From Planctomycetota bacterium (GTDB taxonomy: Bacteria > Planctomycetota > UBA1135 > UBA2386): a stretch of DNA of 64,000 nt. The stretch spans positions 22,974 to 86,973 of the forward strand of contig NYVR01000003.1 of the NCBI GenBank assembly GCA_002684655.1, written 5' to 3'. Below the pieces are notes generated by a model. The model worked only from the letters and a program-made list of their open reading frames with translations. It ran no database searches and was not told where the DNA came from. Position numbers and translations under genes: made by a program. Below, piece by piece: positions 30,852 to 38,650 of this stretch (position 1 is its first letter; every line of letters begins with the position of its first letter).

Positions 30852-30865
30852 GCGGCCACGCCATC

Positions 30866-31804
30866 ATGCGACACCTGTTCATCCTTGATCCACTGGACGC
30901 ACTAGACGTTACAGCGGACACCTCCGTAGCGTTTATCCAAGAGGCGTGGCGTCGCGGCCACCGCGTGGAGGCATGTGGTGTGACGGACCTGGGACAGCGC
31001 GACGGGGACCCGTTCGTGGAGTCCGTCGAGATTGTCGCTGGCCCGGAGGGCGGCGCGTGGTACGCGTCGAGCCGCAGGCGGCGAGACCAGCTGACGGAGT
31101 ATGACGCGATTTGGATGCGGAAGGATCCACCGCTCGACGACGCGTATCTGTTCGCGACCATGCTGATGTCGCGCGCGGCGGGTCCGGTGATGGTCAACGA
31201 CCCAGGTGCGCTCCGCGACCGGAACGAAAAGCTGTTCGCGCTCGAGTTCCCCGATTTGTGTCCGACCACACTGGTTAGCCGGAGCGTTGAGGAGTTGCTG
31301 TCATTCCGCGACGAGCTGGGCGGCCAGATGATCGTGAAGCCGCTTGACGGCAACGGCGGACGCGGCGTCTTCCATATAACCGTCGGCGATCGTAACGCGC
31401 GATCGCTTGTCGAGGCCGGCACCGCGGGCGGGCGCCAGCTGCTGCTGGCGCAACGCTATATCCCGGCGGTGCGCGATGGGGATAAGCGCATCATCTTGAT
31501 CGACGGGCAGCCAGCGGGCGCCGTACTCCGCGTCCCGGCAGACGACGAGTCCCGCGCGAATCTTCACGTCGGCGCGCGCGCAGAGCGGGTCGGGCTGACG
31601 GCCCGGGATCAAGAGATCTGCGCGCGGATCGGTCCGCGGCTGCGTCAGCTCGGCGTGATCTTCGCGGGCATCGATGTGCTCGGCGATTACTTGACCGAGA
31701 TCAACATCACTAGCCCGACAGGGCTTCGAGAGATCGAGCATTTGGACGGCGTCGGGCTCGAGTCCGACGTGATGGACGTCGTTGAGGCGCGGCGAAGGTC
31801 ATGA
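30866..31804 (+). CDS. gshB: Glutathione synthetase (ATP-grasp)
   Basis: MRHLFILDPLDALDVTADTSVAFIQEA, IVKPLDGNGGRGVF, EINITSPTG. ATG 30866 is preferred over the track start 30617, which overlaps gshA. Confidence 0.9.
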   Translation: MRHLFILDPLDALDVTADTSVAFIQEAWRRGHRVEACGVTDLGQRDGDPFVESVEIVAGPEGGAWYASSRRRRDQLTEYDAIWMRKDPPLDDAYLFATMLMSRAAGPVMVNDPGALRDRNEKLFALEFPDLCPTTLVSRSVEELLSFRDELGGQMIVKPLDGNGGRGVFHITVGDRNARSLVEAGTAGGRQLLLAQRYIPAVRDGDKRIILIDGQPAGAVLRVPADDESRANLHVGARAERVGLTARDQEICARIGPRLRQLGVIFAGIDVLGDYLTEINITSPTGLREIEHLDGVGLESDVMDVVEARRRS

Positions 31805-32586
31805 TCGTCGAGCGCGTGTGGGTCGGGAACAGCCTCAGGAATTACAATTACTTGGTCGCTTGTGAGGAGACCGGCGAAGCGCTCGCGATCGATCCGCTCG
31901 CTCATGAAGAGTGCCTCCGAATCGCGCGGCGGCGAGGCTTTGAGATCACGCAAGTGCTTAACACCCACGAGCACACCGACCACGTCGCAGGTAATGACCA
32001 CGTCGTCGCCGCGACCGGCGCGGAGGTGATCGCGCATACACGGGCGAAGATCCCCGGCGTTGACCGACGAGTCGGCGCGGGCGCACACGTCCAGGTCGGC
32101 AAGACGGTCACGCTCGAGTGCATGGATACGCCTGGTCATACGATGAGCCATATTTGCCTCCTCGCCCGTGACGGCGAGGCAGCGTTGTTCTCGGGCGACG
32201 CGCTGTTCAACGCAGGGGCGGGCAATTGTCGCAACGGCGGCGACCCCGAGGCGCTCTACGAGACGTTTGCGCAGCAGCTCGAGCCGCTCGAGTCGACCGT
32301 GCGGCTGTATCCAGGTCACGATTACCTCGTCGCAAACCTCAAGTTCACGCTCGACCGCGAACCTGGGAACGCGGCCGCGACGGAGATGCTTGGTTACGTC
32401 GAGGGGCTCGACGGTGACGATTCGCCGATACTGACGATCGGCCAGGAGAAAGAGATCAACACCTTCTTCCGCCTTGGGAGCCGTGAGGTCGTCTCCGGCG
32501 TCTGTCGGGCGTTAGACGGGTTGCCGGTGGCGCCCACCGCCAAGCAGGTGTTCGTGTCGTTGCGGACGCTGCGCGATCGCTGGTGA
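31801..32586 (+). CDS. gloB: Hydroxyacylglutathione hydrolase (glyoxalase II, MBL fold)
   Basis: NTHEHTDHVAGN (HxHxDH), TPGHT, YPGHDY. ATGA overlap with gshB. Confidence 0.85.
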   Translation: MIVERVWVGNSLRNYNYLVACEETGEALAIDPLAHEECLRIARRRGFEITQVLNTHEHTDHVAGNDHVVAATGAEVIAHTRAKIPGVDRRVGAGAHVQVGKTVTLECMDTPGHTMSHICLLARDGEAALFSGDALFNAGAGNCRNGGDPEALYETFAQQLEPLESTVRLYPGHDYLVANLKFTLDREPGNAAATEMLGYVEGLDGDDSPILTIGQEKEINTFFRLGSREVVSGVCRALDGLPVAPTAKQVFVSLRTLRDRW

Positions 32587-32667
32587 CCAGCTTGTCGATC
32601 GCTCCGGGGCAAGCGCTGCTTGCGGCGAGGCGGGGCGCGGCCTAGTTTGCGACTCGCGACAACGGCC

Positions 32668-32904
32668 ATGACGATGTACGCCAACGAAATTGAAGCGCTC
32701 CTGCGGGCGCAGTTCCCTAACGCCGAGATCACGGTCGACGGAGAAGACGGCATGCACATGGGCGCCACCGTCGTCGACGAGAGTTTTCGCGGGATGAGCC
32801 GTATCCAACAGCAGCGCGCCGTCTACGCCGCGCTGAAGGGAAAGATGGACGGGCCCGACGGTGAGCTGCACGCTCTGCAGCTGCGAACGCGGGCCCCCGA
32901 GTGA
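32668..32904 (+). CDS. bolA: BolA family protein
   Basis: 78 aa from ATG 32668. BolA-like FRGMSRIQQQRAVYAAL ... LHALQL. Confidence 0.8.
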   Translation: MTMYANEIEALLRAQFPNAEITVDGEDGMHMGATVVDESFRGMSRIQQQRAVYAALKGKMDGPDGELHALQLRTRAPE

Positions 32905-32951
32905 CGACCGCCGCAGCGCGATCGACACAGCCAGATAAAACGAGGACAGCT

Positions 32952-33314
32952 ATGAGTGACATCCAAGCCCAGATCAAAGAGACGGTGGAGAGCCACGACG
33001 TCGTGCTCTTCATGAAGGGATCTAAGCTGATGCCGCAGTGCGGCTTCTCCAGCCGTGTCGCGGGCATTCTCGGCGGCCTGTCCGTTGAATACACGGACGT
33101 GAACTGCCTCGCCAACGACGCCATCCGACAAGGCATCAAGGACTTCTCTGACTGGCCGACGATCCCTCAGCTCTACGTGAAGGGTGAGTTTGTCGGCGGC
33201 TGCGACATCATCACCGAGATGACGCTCTCCGGGGAGTTGGACCAGCTCTTCGACAAGCACGGCATCGGCTACGACAAGTCTGCCGCCGAGCAGATCCGCG
33301 CCCAAAACGGCTGA
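32952..33314 (+). CDS. grxD: Monothiol glutaredoxin (Grx4 family)
   Basis: CGFS active site (MPQCGFSSRV), WPTIPQLYVKGEFVGGCDI. Confidence 0.9.
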   Translation: MSDIQAQIKETVESHDVVLFMKGSKLMPQCGFSSRVAGILGGLSVEYTDVNCLANDAIRQGIKDFSDWPTIPQLYVKGEFVGGCDIITEMTLSGELDQLFDKHGIGYDKSAAEQIRAQNG

Positions 33315-33323
33315 GGCCGGTCG

Positions 33324-33755
33324 TCAGATCTGCTTGTAGACCTTCGCGAGGCTCTCGCCATACACGTCGAGGGTCCACTCACACAGGTGACCGAAGGGCG
33401 TACAACGCACGTCGTAGCCTGTCCTTTGAAGCCGCTCCGCGAGCTCGTCCAAGAAGTCGCGCGCGAACGCAGGGTCCGCGCTCTCGGCGCCGAGGTGAGT
33501 GAAGGAATGGAGCACGACGTTGGTGAGCGCGCGTTTGTTGCAGAGCCACTTGATGTGCTTGAGCGTCTGTTGAAAAGCCCTCTTGCGCGCCGCCGCGGCT
33601 TCGTCACATGCCTCGGCGTGCGCGAAGACAACCACGCATTCGGCGAGCGTCGCGGCGACGTCCTGAGACGCGAGGGGCGCGCCGCCGACCTCGTCTAGGG
33701 ATCGCTTGAAGCTGCGCCATCCGAAGTTACGGGCCTGAAAGCAGAGCAGTCGCAT
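33324..33755 (-). CDS. Free-standing homolog of the archaeal ThrRS N-terminal editing domain (tRNA-Thr_ED, DTD-like fold), tentative
   Basis: 143 aa. MRLLCFQARNF..., VVVFAHAE, NVVLHSFTHLG and RCTPFGHLCEWTLDVYGES align by eye with the archaeal pattern MR.LLIHsDy..., VaFisVE, vfvYPFAHLs, kaPFGyyKaFkisCKGHP. Confidence 0.55.
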   Translation of the reverse strand: MRLLCFQARNFGWRSFKRSLDEVGGAPLASQDVAATLAECVVVFAHAEACDEAAAARKRAFQQTLKHIKWLCNKRALTNVVLHSFTHLGAESADPAFARDFLDELAERLQRTGYDVRCTPFGHLCEWTLDVYGESLAKVYKQI

Positions 33756-33782
33756 GTCTGAAAGCCTGTGGAGCCGGCCGAC

Positions 33783-33962
33783 CTAGACGCAGCCTCCTCG
33801 ATCGTAGAGCCGCGTCCAGTGCGTGACGAACGAGACTTCGCTCCAAACAAAGTAGATCCCTTCGCCGACGGGCACGACGAGCCCTTCGACCCATGGCGCA
33901 TCGAGGGCGGCGCCGAGTGGCGCCAGCCTCCGTTCGTCAACCGGGGTGCTCGTCTTGGGCAT
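33783..33962 (-). CDS. Candidate small protein (59 aa), not listed as such in the track
   Basis: MPKTSTPVDERRLAPLGAALDAPWVEGLVVPVGEGIYFVWSEVSFVTHWTRLYDRGGCV. By hand count 46 of 59 codons end in G/C, against roughly 64% for the overlapping plus-strand ORF. Its stop lies 27 nt upstream of, and co-oriented with, the 33324-33755 gene. Confidence 0.35.
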   Translation of the reverse strand: MPKTSTPVDERRLAPLGAALDAPWVEGLVVPVGEGIYFVWSEVSFVTHWTRLYDRGGCV

Positions 33963-34066
33963 CCTGGGGGCGATATTCGAAGCCGCCAAACAGCGCCGAC
34001 GCCTTCTGCGGTCGACCAATAAGCGATGCGCGGCCGTGGCGCTTGGCGCGTCTGCGCGGCCCGGTT

Positions 34067-34645
34067 ATGCCTTTATCTGTGACGACTGAATTCGACGCTG
34101 ACGCGGCCAAGTCCCGTCTTCTGCAACTCATCCGTGAGCGCGCCTATAAGGACGGAATCGACATCGTGCTCGCTTCTGGCAAGCGATCCACCTTCTACAT
34201 CAACGGCAAGAAGGTCTCGTTGCATCCTGAGGGTCTCTACCTGATCGGGATGCTGCTCTTGGACAAGCTGAAGAAGTATCCGGAGATCACCGCGGTCGGC
34301 GGCCTGACGATGGGCGCCGACCCGCTGGCGAGCGCGGTAGCTTGTCTGTCTCACCTCACGGGGAGGCCGTTGAAGGCGTTCCTCGTCCGCAAGGAAGCCA
34401 AGGAACACGGCACAGGTTCGCGCATCGAAGGTGACCTAGAGCCGGGAGAGAAGGTGTGCGTGCTAGAAGATACGGTGACTACCGGCGGCTCTGCGTTGCA
34501 GGCGGTCGAGGCCGTCACCGACGCCGGCGCGGAGCCGGTCGTGATCATGGCGATCGCTGACCGTGAAGATCCTGACGCGGCGAAGTTTCGCTCGGAACAG
34601 AACGTCGAGTGTCTCGTATCACTGAGCGAGATTCGGGGACAGTGA
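34067..34645 (+). CDS. pyrE: Orotate phosphoribosyltransferase
   Basis: LASGKRSTFYINGK and the PRPP loop VCVLEDTVTTGGSAL. ATG 34067 is preferred over track start 33893. Confidence 0.9.
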   Translation: MPLSVTTEFDADAAKSRLLQLIRERAYKDGIDIVLASGKRSTFYINGKKVSLHPEGLYLIGMLLLDKLKKYPEITAVGGLTMGADPLASAVACLSHLTGRPLKAFLVRKEAKEHGTGSRIEGDLEPGEKVCVLEDTVTTGGSALQAVEAVTDAGAEPVVIMAIADREDPDAAKFRSEQNVECLVSLSEIRGQ

Positions 34646-36006
34646 ACGAAGACGGCAACGCCCAAACAGTTGCGATTATCCCAGCGTTGTGCAGTGATGA
34701 CGAGGTAGACACTGCGCTGGTAGACCTCGGCGGCGTCACCGCGATCGAGCGCGTCGTGAACACCTGTGTCGCTGCGGGGGCGTCGAAAGTGATGGTGCTA
34801 CGACGTGCGATCGCCGCGCCGCTGCCCGCGGGCATCGAGGTCGAAGCCATCACTACGGGCGACAAGAGCGACGTCTCTGACAGTCTCCGTATAGCGCTCT
34901 TGAAGCTGCCGAGAGAGGCCGACGTCGTGCTGATCTTTCCGGTCGGGCACGCGCTGGTCGAGGAGGACACGGTCCTGGCGTTGCGCGCGCGCCTGCAGCG
35001 CGACGGATGCGCGATCGCTGTGCCAACGTTTCGCGGGGACCACGGCTACCCCGTAGCGATGACCCGCTCGGTGTTCAGCGAGCTTGATCTCGGGGTGCCG
35101 ACGCTGCAAGACCTGGTCTGTAGAGACGCCGTCCGCGTCGCCGGTGTCGCGACCGTGAACCACTGGGTGATCAGCGACCTGCGTCGACCCGAAGATCGCT
35201 CGGCAGCTCGTTGCCAGCTTTCGGGTCAGCCGTGGAGCACCTTGGCGCAGATGTATCGACATCGAAGCCATCGATCATTCCGTTCGGACTCCATCACGGA
35301 TGCTCAGATCGAACGACTCGTCGACGCAGCTCGCCACGCCTCGACCTCCAGCTTTATCCAAGCTTACGCGGTGATCGCGGTGCGCGACGCCGAGCTCAAG
35401 CAGCGCTGCGCGGTGCTGTGCGGAGGACAGCGCCACGTCGCGGAAGCGCCGGTCTTCTTCGCTGTCTGCGCGGACCTGAACAAGCTCGCGCGCGCATGCG
35501 CTGACCAAGGCACGATCGTTCGGAGCGACAGCTTCGAGTTGTTCCTGCAGACGACGGTCGACGCGGCGTTGCTTGGTCAGAACCTCCAGTTGGCTTGCGA
35601 GGCTGAGGGCCTAGGCGCCTGCATGATCGGCGGCGCACGCAATCAGCCGATCGAGATGGCGCGGGCGCTTGAGCTGCCCGATCACAGCTTCGTCGTCTTC
35701 GGGATGGCGGTTGGTGTTGCCGCTGATGACCCTCCTGCTCGCGGCCGCATGCCTTTGGCGGGCGTGCTCCACTGGGACCGCTACGATTCCTCGGACATCC
35801 TCGACGTGCTCCGGGGCGCAGACGACGGCATGCGCGACTGGGCGAAGCGGTGCAACGCCGAGCAGGGCGGCTACAACGGTCGGCCGGTCGACGAGGTCAA
35901 AGGTTGGTCCGAGCGGATGGCGAGGATGTGGGGGGGCGAGAGCGCCTACGCCAAGGCGCGCGAGGCGCTCCAAGAAGAGCTCCGGACGTTGGGCTTCGAG
36001 GTTTGA
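34642..36006 (+). CDS. Fusion protein: degenerate MobA/MocA-like NTP-transferase domain plus NfsA-like oxygen-insensitive NADPH nitroreductase
   Basis: The N-terminal ~190 aa (AIIPAL...LVDLGG..., VLIFPVGHALV) resemble MobA-like nucleotidyltransferases but lack the GxSxRMG loop. The C-terminal part, HRSHRSFRSDSITDAQIERLVDAARHASTSSFIQAYAVIAV...GGQRHVAEAPVFFAVCADLNK, is NfsA-like. GTG 34642 overlaps the pyrE stop (GTGA). Confidence 0.75.
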   Translation: MNEDGNAQTVAIIPALCSDDEVDTALVDLGGVTAIERVVNTCVAAGASKVMVLRRAIAAPLPAGIEVEAITTGDKSDVSDSLRIALLKLPREADVVLIFPVGHALVEEDTVLALRARLQRDGCAIAVPTFRGDHGYPVAMTRSVFSELDLGVPTLQDLVCRDAVRVAGVATVNHWVISDLRRPEDRSAARCQLSGQPWSTLAQMYRHRSHRSFRSDSITDAQIERLVDAARHASTSSFIQAYAVIAVRDAELKQRCAVLCGGQRHVAEAPVFFAVCADLNKLARACADQGTIVRSDSFELFLQTTVDAALLGQNLQLACEAEGLGACMIGGARNQPIEMARALELPDHSFVVFGMAVGVAADDPPARGRMPLAGVLHWDRYDSSDILDVLRGADDGMRDWAKRCNAEQGGYNGRPVDEVKGWSERMARMWGGESAYAKAREALQEELRTLGFEV

Positions 36007-36022
36007 CGAGCGCGCGTCGCGA

Positions 36023-37654
36023 TCAGAGGTGGACGCCCGGCGCCTCGACGCCGGTCTTCTCGACCCACTCTACGTAGGAGCCGGGGTACCTCTCAGGCGG
36101 ACCGCCGTCGGCGCAAGCGCTCACGTCGAGCACGCGGTTCGCGAGGCCGCGAAGGAACGTGCGGTCGTGGGAAACGAACAACATGGTCCCCTCAAATTTC
36201 TCAAGCGTCTGGACAAGCATCTGCTTGGTGTCGAGGTCGAGGTGGTTTGTCGGCTCGTCGAGGACGAGGAAGTTCGGCGGGTCGAACAGCATCAGCGCGA
36301 GCACGAGCCGGGACTTCTCGCCGCCGCTGAGGTTGGCGACGCGCTTTTCGTGGTCGTCGCCGCTGAACCCGAACGCGCCGAGGAGGTTGCGCTTCACGCC
36401 GACGGACTCCAGGTGGAACCGTTGGTCCACTTGCTCGTAGACGGTCAGCTCTGTGTCGAGGAGGTCGAGGGATTGCTGCGCGAAGTAACCCATTTTGACG
36501 CTGCCCAGCTTTACGTCGCCGTCGTCTGGCTTCAGCTGACCGGCGACCATTTTCAGCAGGGTCGTCTTGCCAGAGCCGTTCTGACCCATGACGCACCATC
36601 GTTCGCCGCGCTGCACCTCGAAGTCGAGCCCGCGATAGATCCGCTTCGCGCCGTAAGCCTTGTCAACGCCCTTGAGCTTGACGATGTCGTCGCCAGAACG
36701 AGGCGGTTCACGGAATTGGAAGGCGACGAGCTCGCGCTTCTTTGGGGCTTCGAGGCGGTCGATCTTATCGATCTTCTTTTGTTTGCTCTGAGCCTGGGCG
36801 GCCTTTGCGACGTGCGTGCCGAAGCGGTCTATGAACCGCTTCATCTTGGCGATCATGGCTTGCTGTCGCTCGAAGGCCGCCTCCTTCTGCGTCGCGCGTA
36901 CGGCCTGCTCGCGCATCATGAAGTCGTAGTCGCCCTGATAGGTTACGAACTGTCCGTCGTCGACGTCGATGATCCGGTCGACGACGCGGTTCATGAAGTC
37001 CCGGTCGTGACAGGTCATGAGGACGGCCGACTTTGTCTGCCTGAGGAAACCTTCTAGCCAGATGATCGACTCGATGTCGAGGTGGTTGGTCGGCTCGTCT
37101 AGCAGCAGCACGTCGAAGTTGCCTAGCAGGACCTGCGCCATGCCGACTCGCATTTTCCAGCCGCCCGACAGCGCTTCGACGTCGCCGCGGATCATCTCGT
37201 CGTCGAAGCCGAGGCCGTGCAGGACTTCCTTAGCCCGTGCCTCAAGTTCGTAGCCTCCTAGGTCCTGGTAGTCTCCCTGGATCTCACCGTATCGGGCGAG
37301 GATGTCGTCCATTCGGTCCGCCTTCTCCGGATCCGACATGTCGGCCTCGAGCTGCTGGACTTCGCGGTGTAGCGCGCCCGCTCGCCCGCTGCCTGCGATG
37401 GTCATGTTGATCACGCTGTCGCCGCGCATCTCCCCGACGTCTTGTTTGAAGTAGCCGACGCTGACTCGTTTGGGCATGGCCACGTCGCCTTCGTCCGGGG
37501 GGTCCTCGCCTACGATCATTCGGAAGACGGTCGACTTGCCGGCGCCGTTGGGGCCGGTTAGGCCGACCTTCTCGCCGGCGTTTAGCTGCAACGACCCGTC
37601 GACGAACAAGATCTGATGGCCGTGCCGTTTGTTGATGCCGCTGAGAGTGATCAT
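36023..37654 (-). CDS. ABC-F family ATPase (second copy in the window)
   Basis: Two cassettes: GPNGAGKST...LSGGWKMRV...LLLDEPTNHLD and GQNGSGKTT...LSGGEKSRL...LVLDEPTNHLD. ATG 37654 (MITLSGINKRHG) is preferred over track start 37819. Confidence 0.85.
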   Translation of the reverse strand: MITLSGINKRHGHQILFVDGSLQLNAGEKVGLTGPNGAGKSTVFRMIVGEDPPDEGDVAMPKRVSVGYFKQDVGEMRGDSVINMTIAGSGRAGALHREVQQLEADMSDPEKADRMDDILARYGEIQGDYQDLGGYELEARAKEVLHGLGFDDEMIRGDVEALSGGWKMRVGMAQVLLGNFDVLLLDEPTNHLDIESIIWLEGFLRQTKSAVLMTCHDRDFMNRVVDRIIDVDDGQFVTYQGDYDFMMREQAVRATQKEAAFERQQAMIAKMKRFIDRFGTHVAKAAQAQSKQKKIDKIDRLEAPKKRELVAFQFREPPRSGDDIVKLKGVDKAYGAKRIYRGLDFEVQRGERWCVMGQNGSGKTTLLKMVAGQLKPDDGDVKLGSVKMGYFAQQSLDLLDTELTVYEQVDQRFHLESVGVKRNLLGAFGFSGDDHEKRVANLSGGEKSRLVLALMLFDPPNFLVLDEPTNHLDLDTKQMLVQTLEKFEGTMLFVSHDRTFLRGLANRVLDVSACADGGPPERYPGSYVEWVEKTGVEAPGVHL

Positions 37655-37800
37655 CTGGGCGAGCAACGTATCGAGAGCGCGCCATCGCGCCACGTTCTCG
37701 ATGAGATCGAGGCCGATAGCGAGTAGAAGTTGATAACCCCAGCGGCTCGGCTGCCTCAAAGCCGCCCGTACGATCGGTCGCAATCGCGCCAAGAACCAGG

Positions 37801-38571
37801 ATGTCTCTTCATTACTCAAGTCGGTCTGTCTTCGCCTTCACGCTCTGCTCGTCGCTCTATGTCGCGGGCTGTTCGTCACCGAGTGCTTCCGTCCAGTTGG
37901 GATACGTCGCCACCGAGTTGGGCGGGGACATCTCTCTCGACAGCGGCGGCGGCTCTAATGAGCAGGGCCTCAGCAGTGCCTTCGGGCTCGGAGACACGCA
38001 AGGCTCGCCGTATCTGCGCGGTCAGGTGCGTGCGGGCGGGCCGGTGTTCACGGGTTCCGTGCTCTACGTCCAGGACAGCGGCGACGGTCAAATCGACGGC
38101 GGCTTCGGCAGTCTGGACCCCAACGCCAACGTGCGATCGGACTTCAACATGGGGCTGGCCAAGGTCAGCGCGGCTTACGAGATCGCGCTCGGCCCCGTCA
38201 GCGTCTCGCCTGGCCTAATGGTTGATGTCTGGGCGTTTGACTTTGCGGCGGAGAGCACCGTCGCAGGGATCAGCGAAGAAATCGACGAACTGCTCGTGAT
38301 CCCGATGCCGTTCGTGCGCGCCGAGGCTGGTCTCGGAGATTTCGCGGCCGTGGGCGAGCTCGGCTATGTCGAGATCGACGGAATAGGAGACACGGACGGC
38401 GCCTTTTTGGACGCGGAGGTGATGCTTGAGTATTACCCCGTACCGTTCACCAGCGTTTTCGTCGGTTACCGACACGTCGAGATCGATGGCGACGGCTCCT
38501 CAGGCGATGACGCGTTCTCAGCGGACCTTGACCTGCGAGGATGGATGATCGGGGGCGGCATCCGCTTCTGA
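37801..38571 (+). CDS. Lipoprotein with beta-barrel-like C-terminus (paralog 1)
   Basis: Lipobox LYVAGC. Alternating beta-strand pattern with terminal ...GWMIGGGIRF (C-terminal Phe). Shares blocks with the next gene. Confidence 0.6.
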   Translation: MSLHYSSRSVFAFTLCSSLYVAGCSSPSASVQLGYVATELGGDISLDSGGGSNEQGLSSAFGLGDTQGSPYLRGQVRAGGPVFTGSVLYVQDSGDGQIDGGFGSLDPNANVRSDFNMGLAKVSAAYEIALGPVSVSPGLMVDVWAFDFAAESTVAGISEEIDELLVIPMPFVRAEAGLGDFAAVGELGYVEIDGIGDTDGAFLDAEVMLEYYPVPFTSVFVGYRHVEIDGDGSSGDDAFSADLDLRGWMIGGGIRF

Positions 38572-38650
38572 GCATTCGAACGTCTAGGCAAAGGATCGCC
38601 TTCGTAGGGGGGTGGCCATCCCCGCGCTGCTGGGACAAGATGTTCTGGCT

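Noticed and set aside
30617-30865. N-terminal extensions in the ORF track. Examples: gshB from 30617, pyrE from 33893, LruC protein from 57230, TIM barrel from 17034, ABC-F from 37819, HIT-like gene to 14391.
   Set aside because: The extensions overlap the preceding gene or are Arg/Pro-rich. The conserved family N-termini begin at internal ATG, GTG or TTG codons, which I used instead.
33768-34022. 84-aa plus-strand ORF between the ThrRS-ED-like gene and pyrE.
   Set aside because: It has a lower share of G/C-ending codons (about 64% by my count) than the overlapping minus-strand 59-codon ORF (78%), and an acidic low-complexity product. I favour the minus strand, at low confidence.
35669-37057. 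462-aa plus-strand ORF spanning the end of the nitroreductase fusion gene and running antisense to the ABC-F gene.
   Set aside because: It lies opposite a gene with unmistakable ABC motifs. Its translation is low-complexity (runs of L, V, E, A, R, H) and has no motifs. This is a typical GC-rich shadow ORF.
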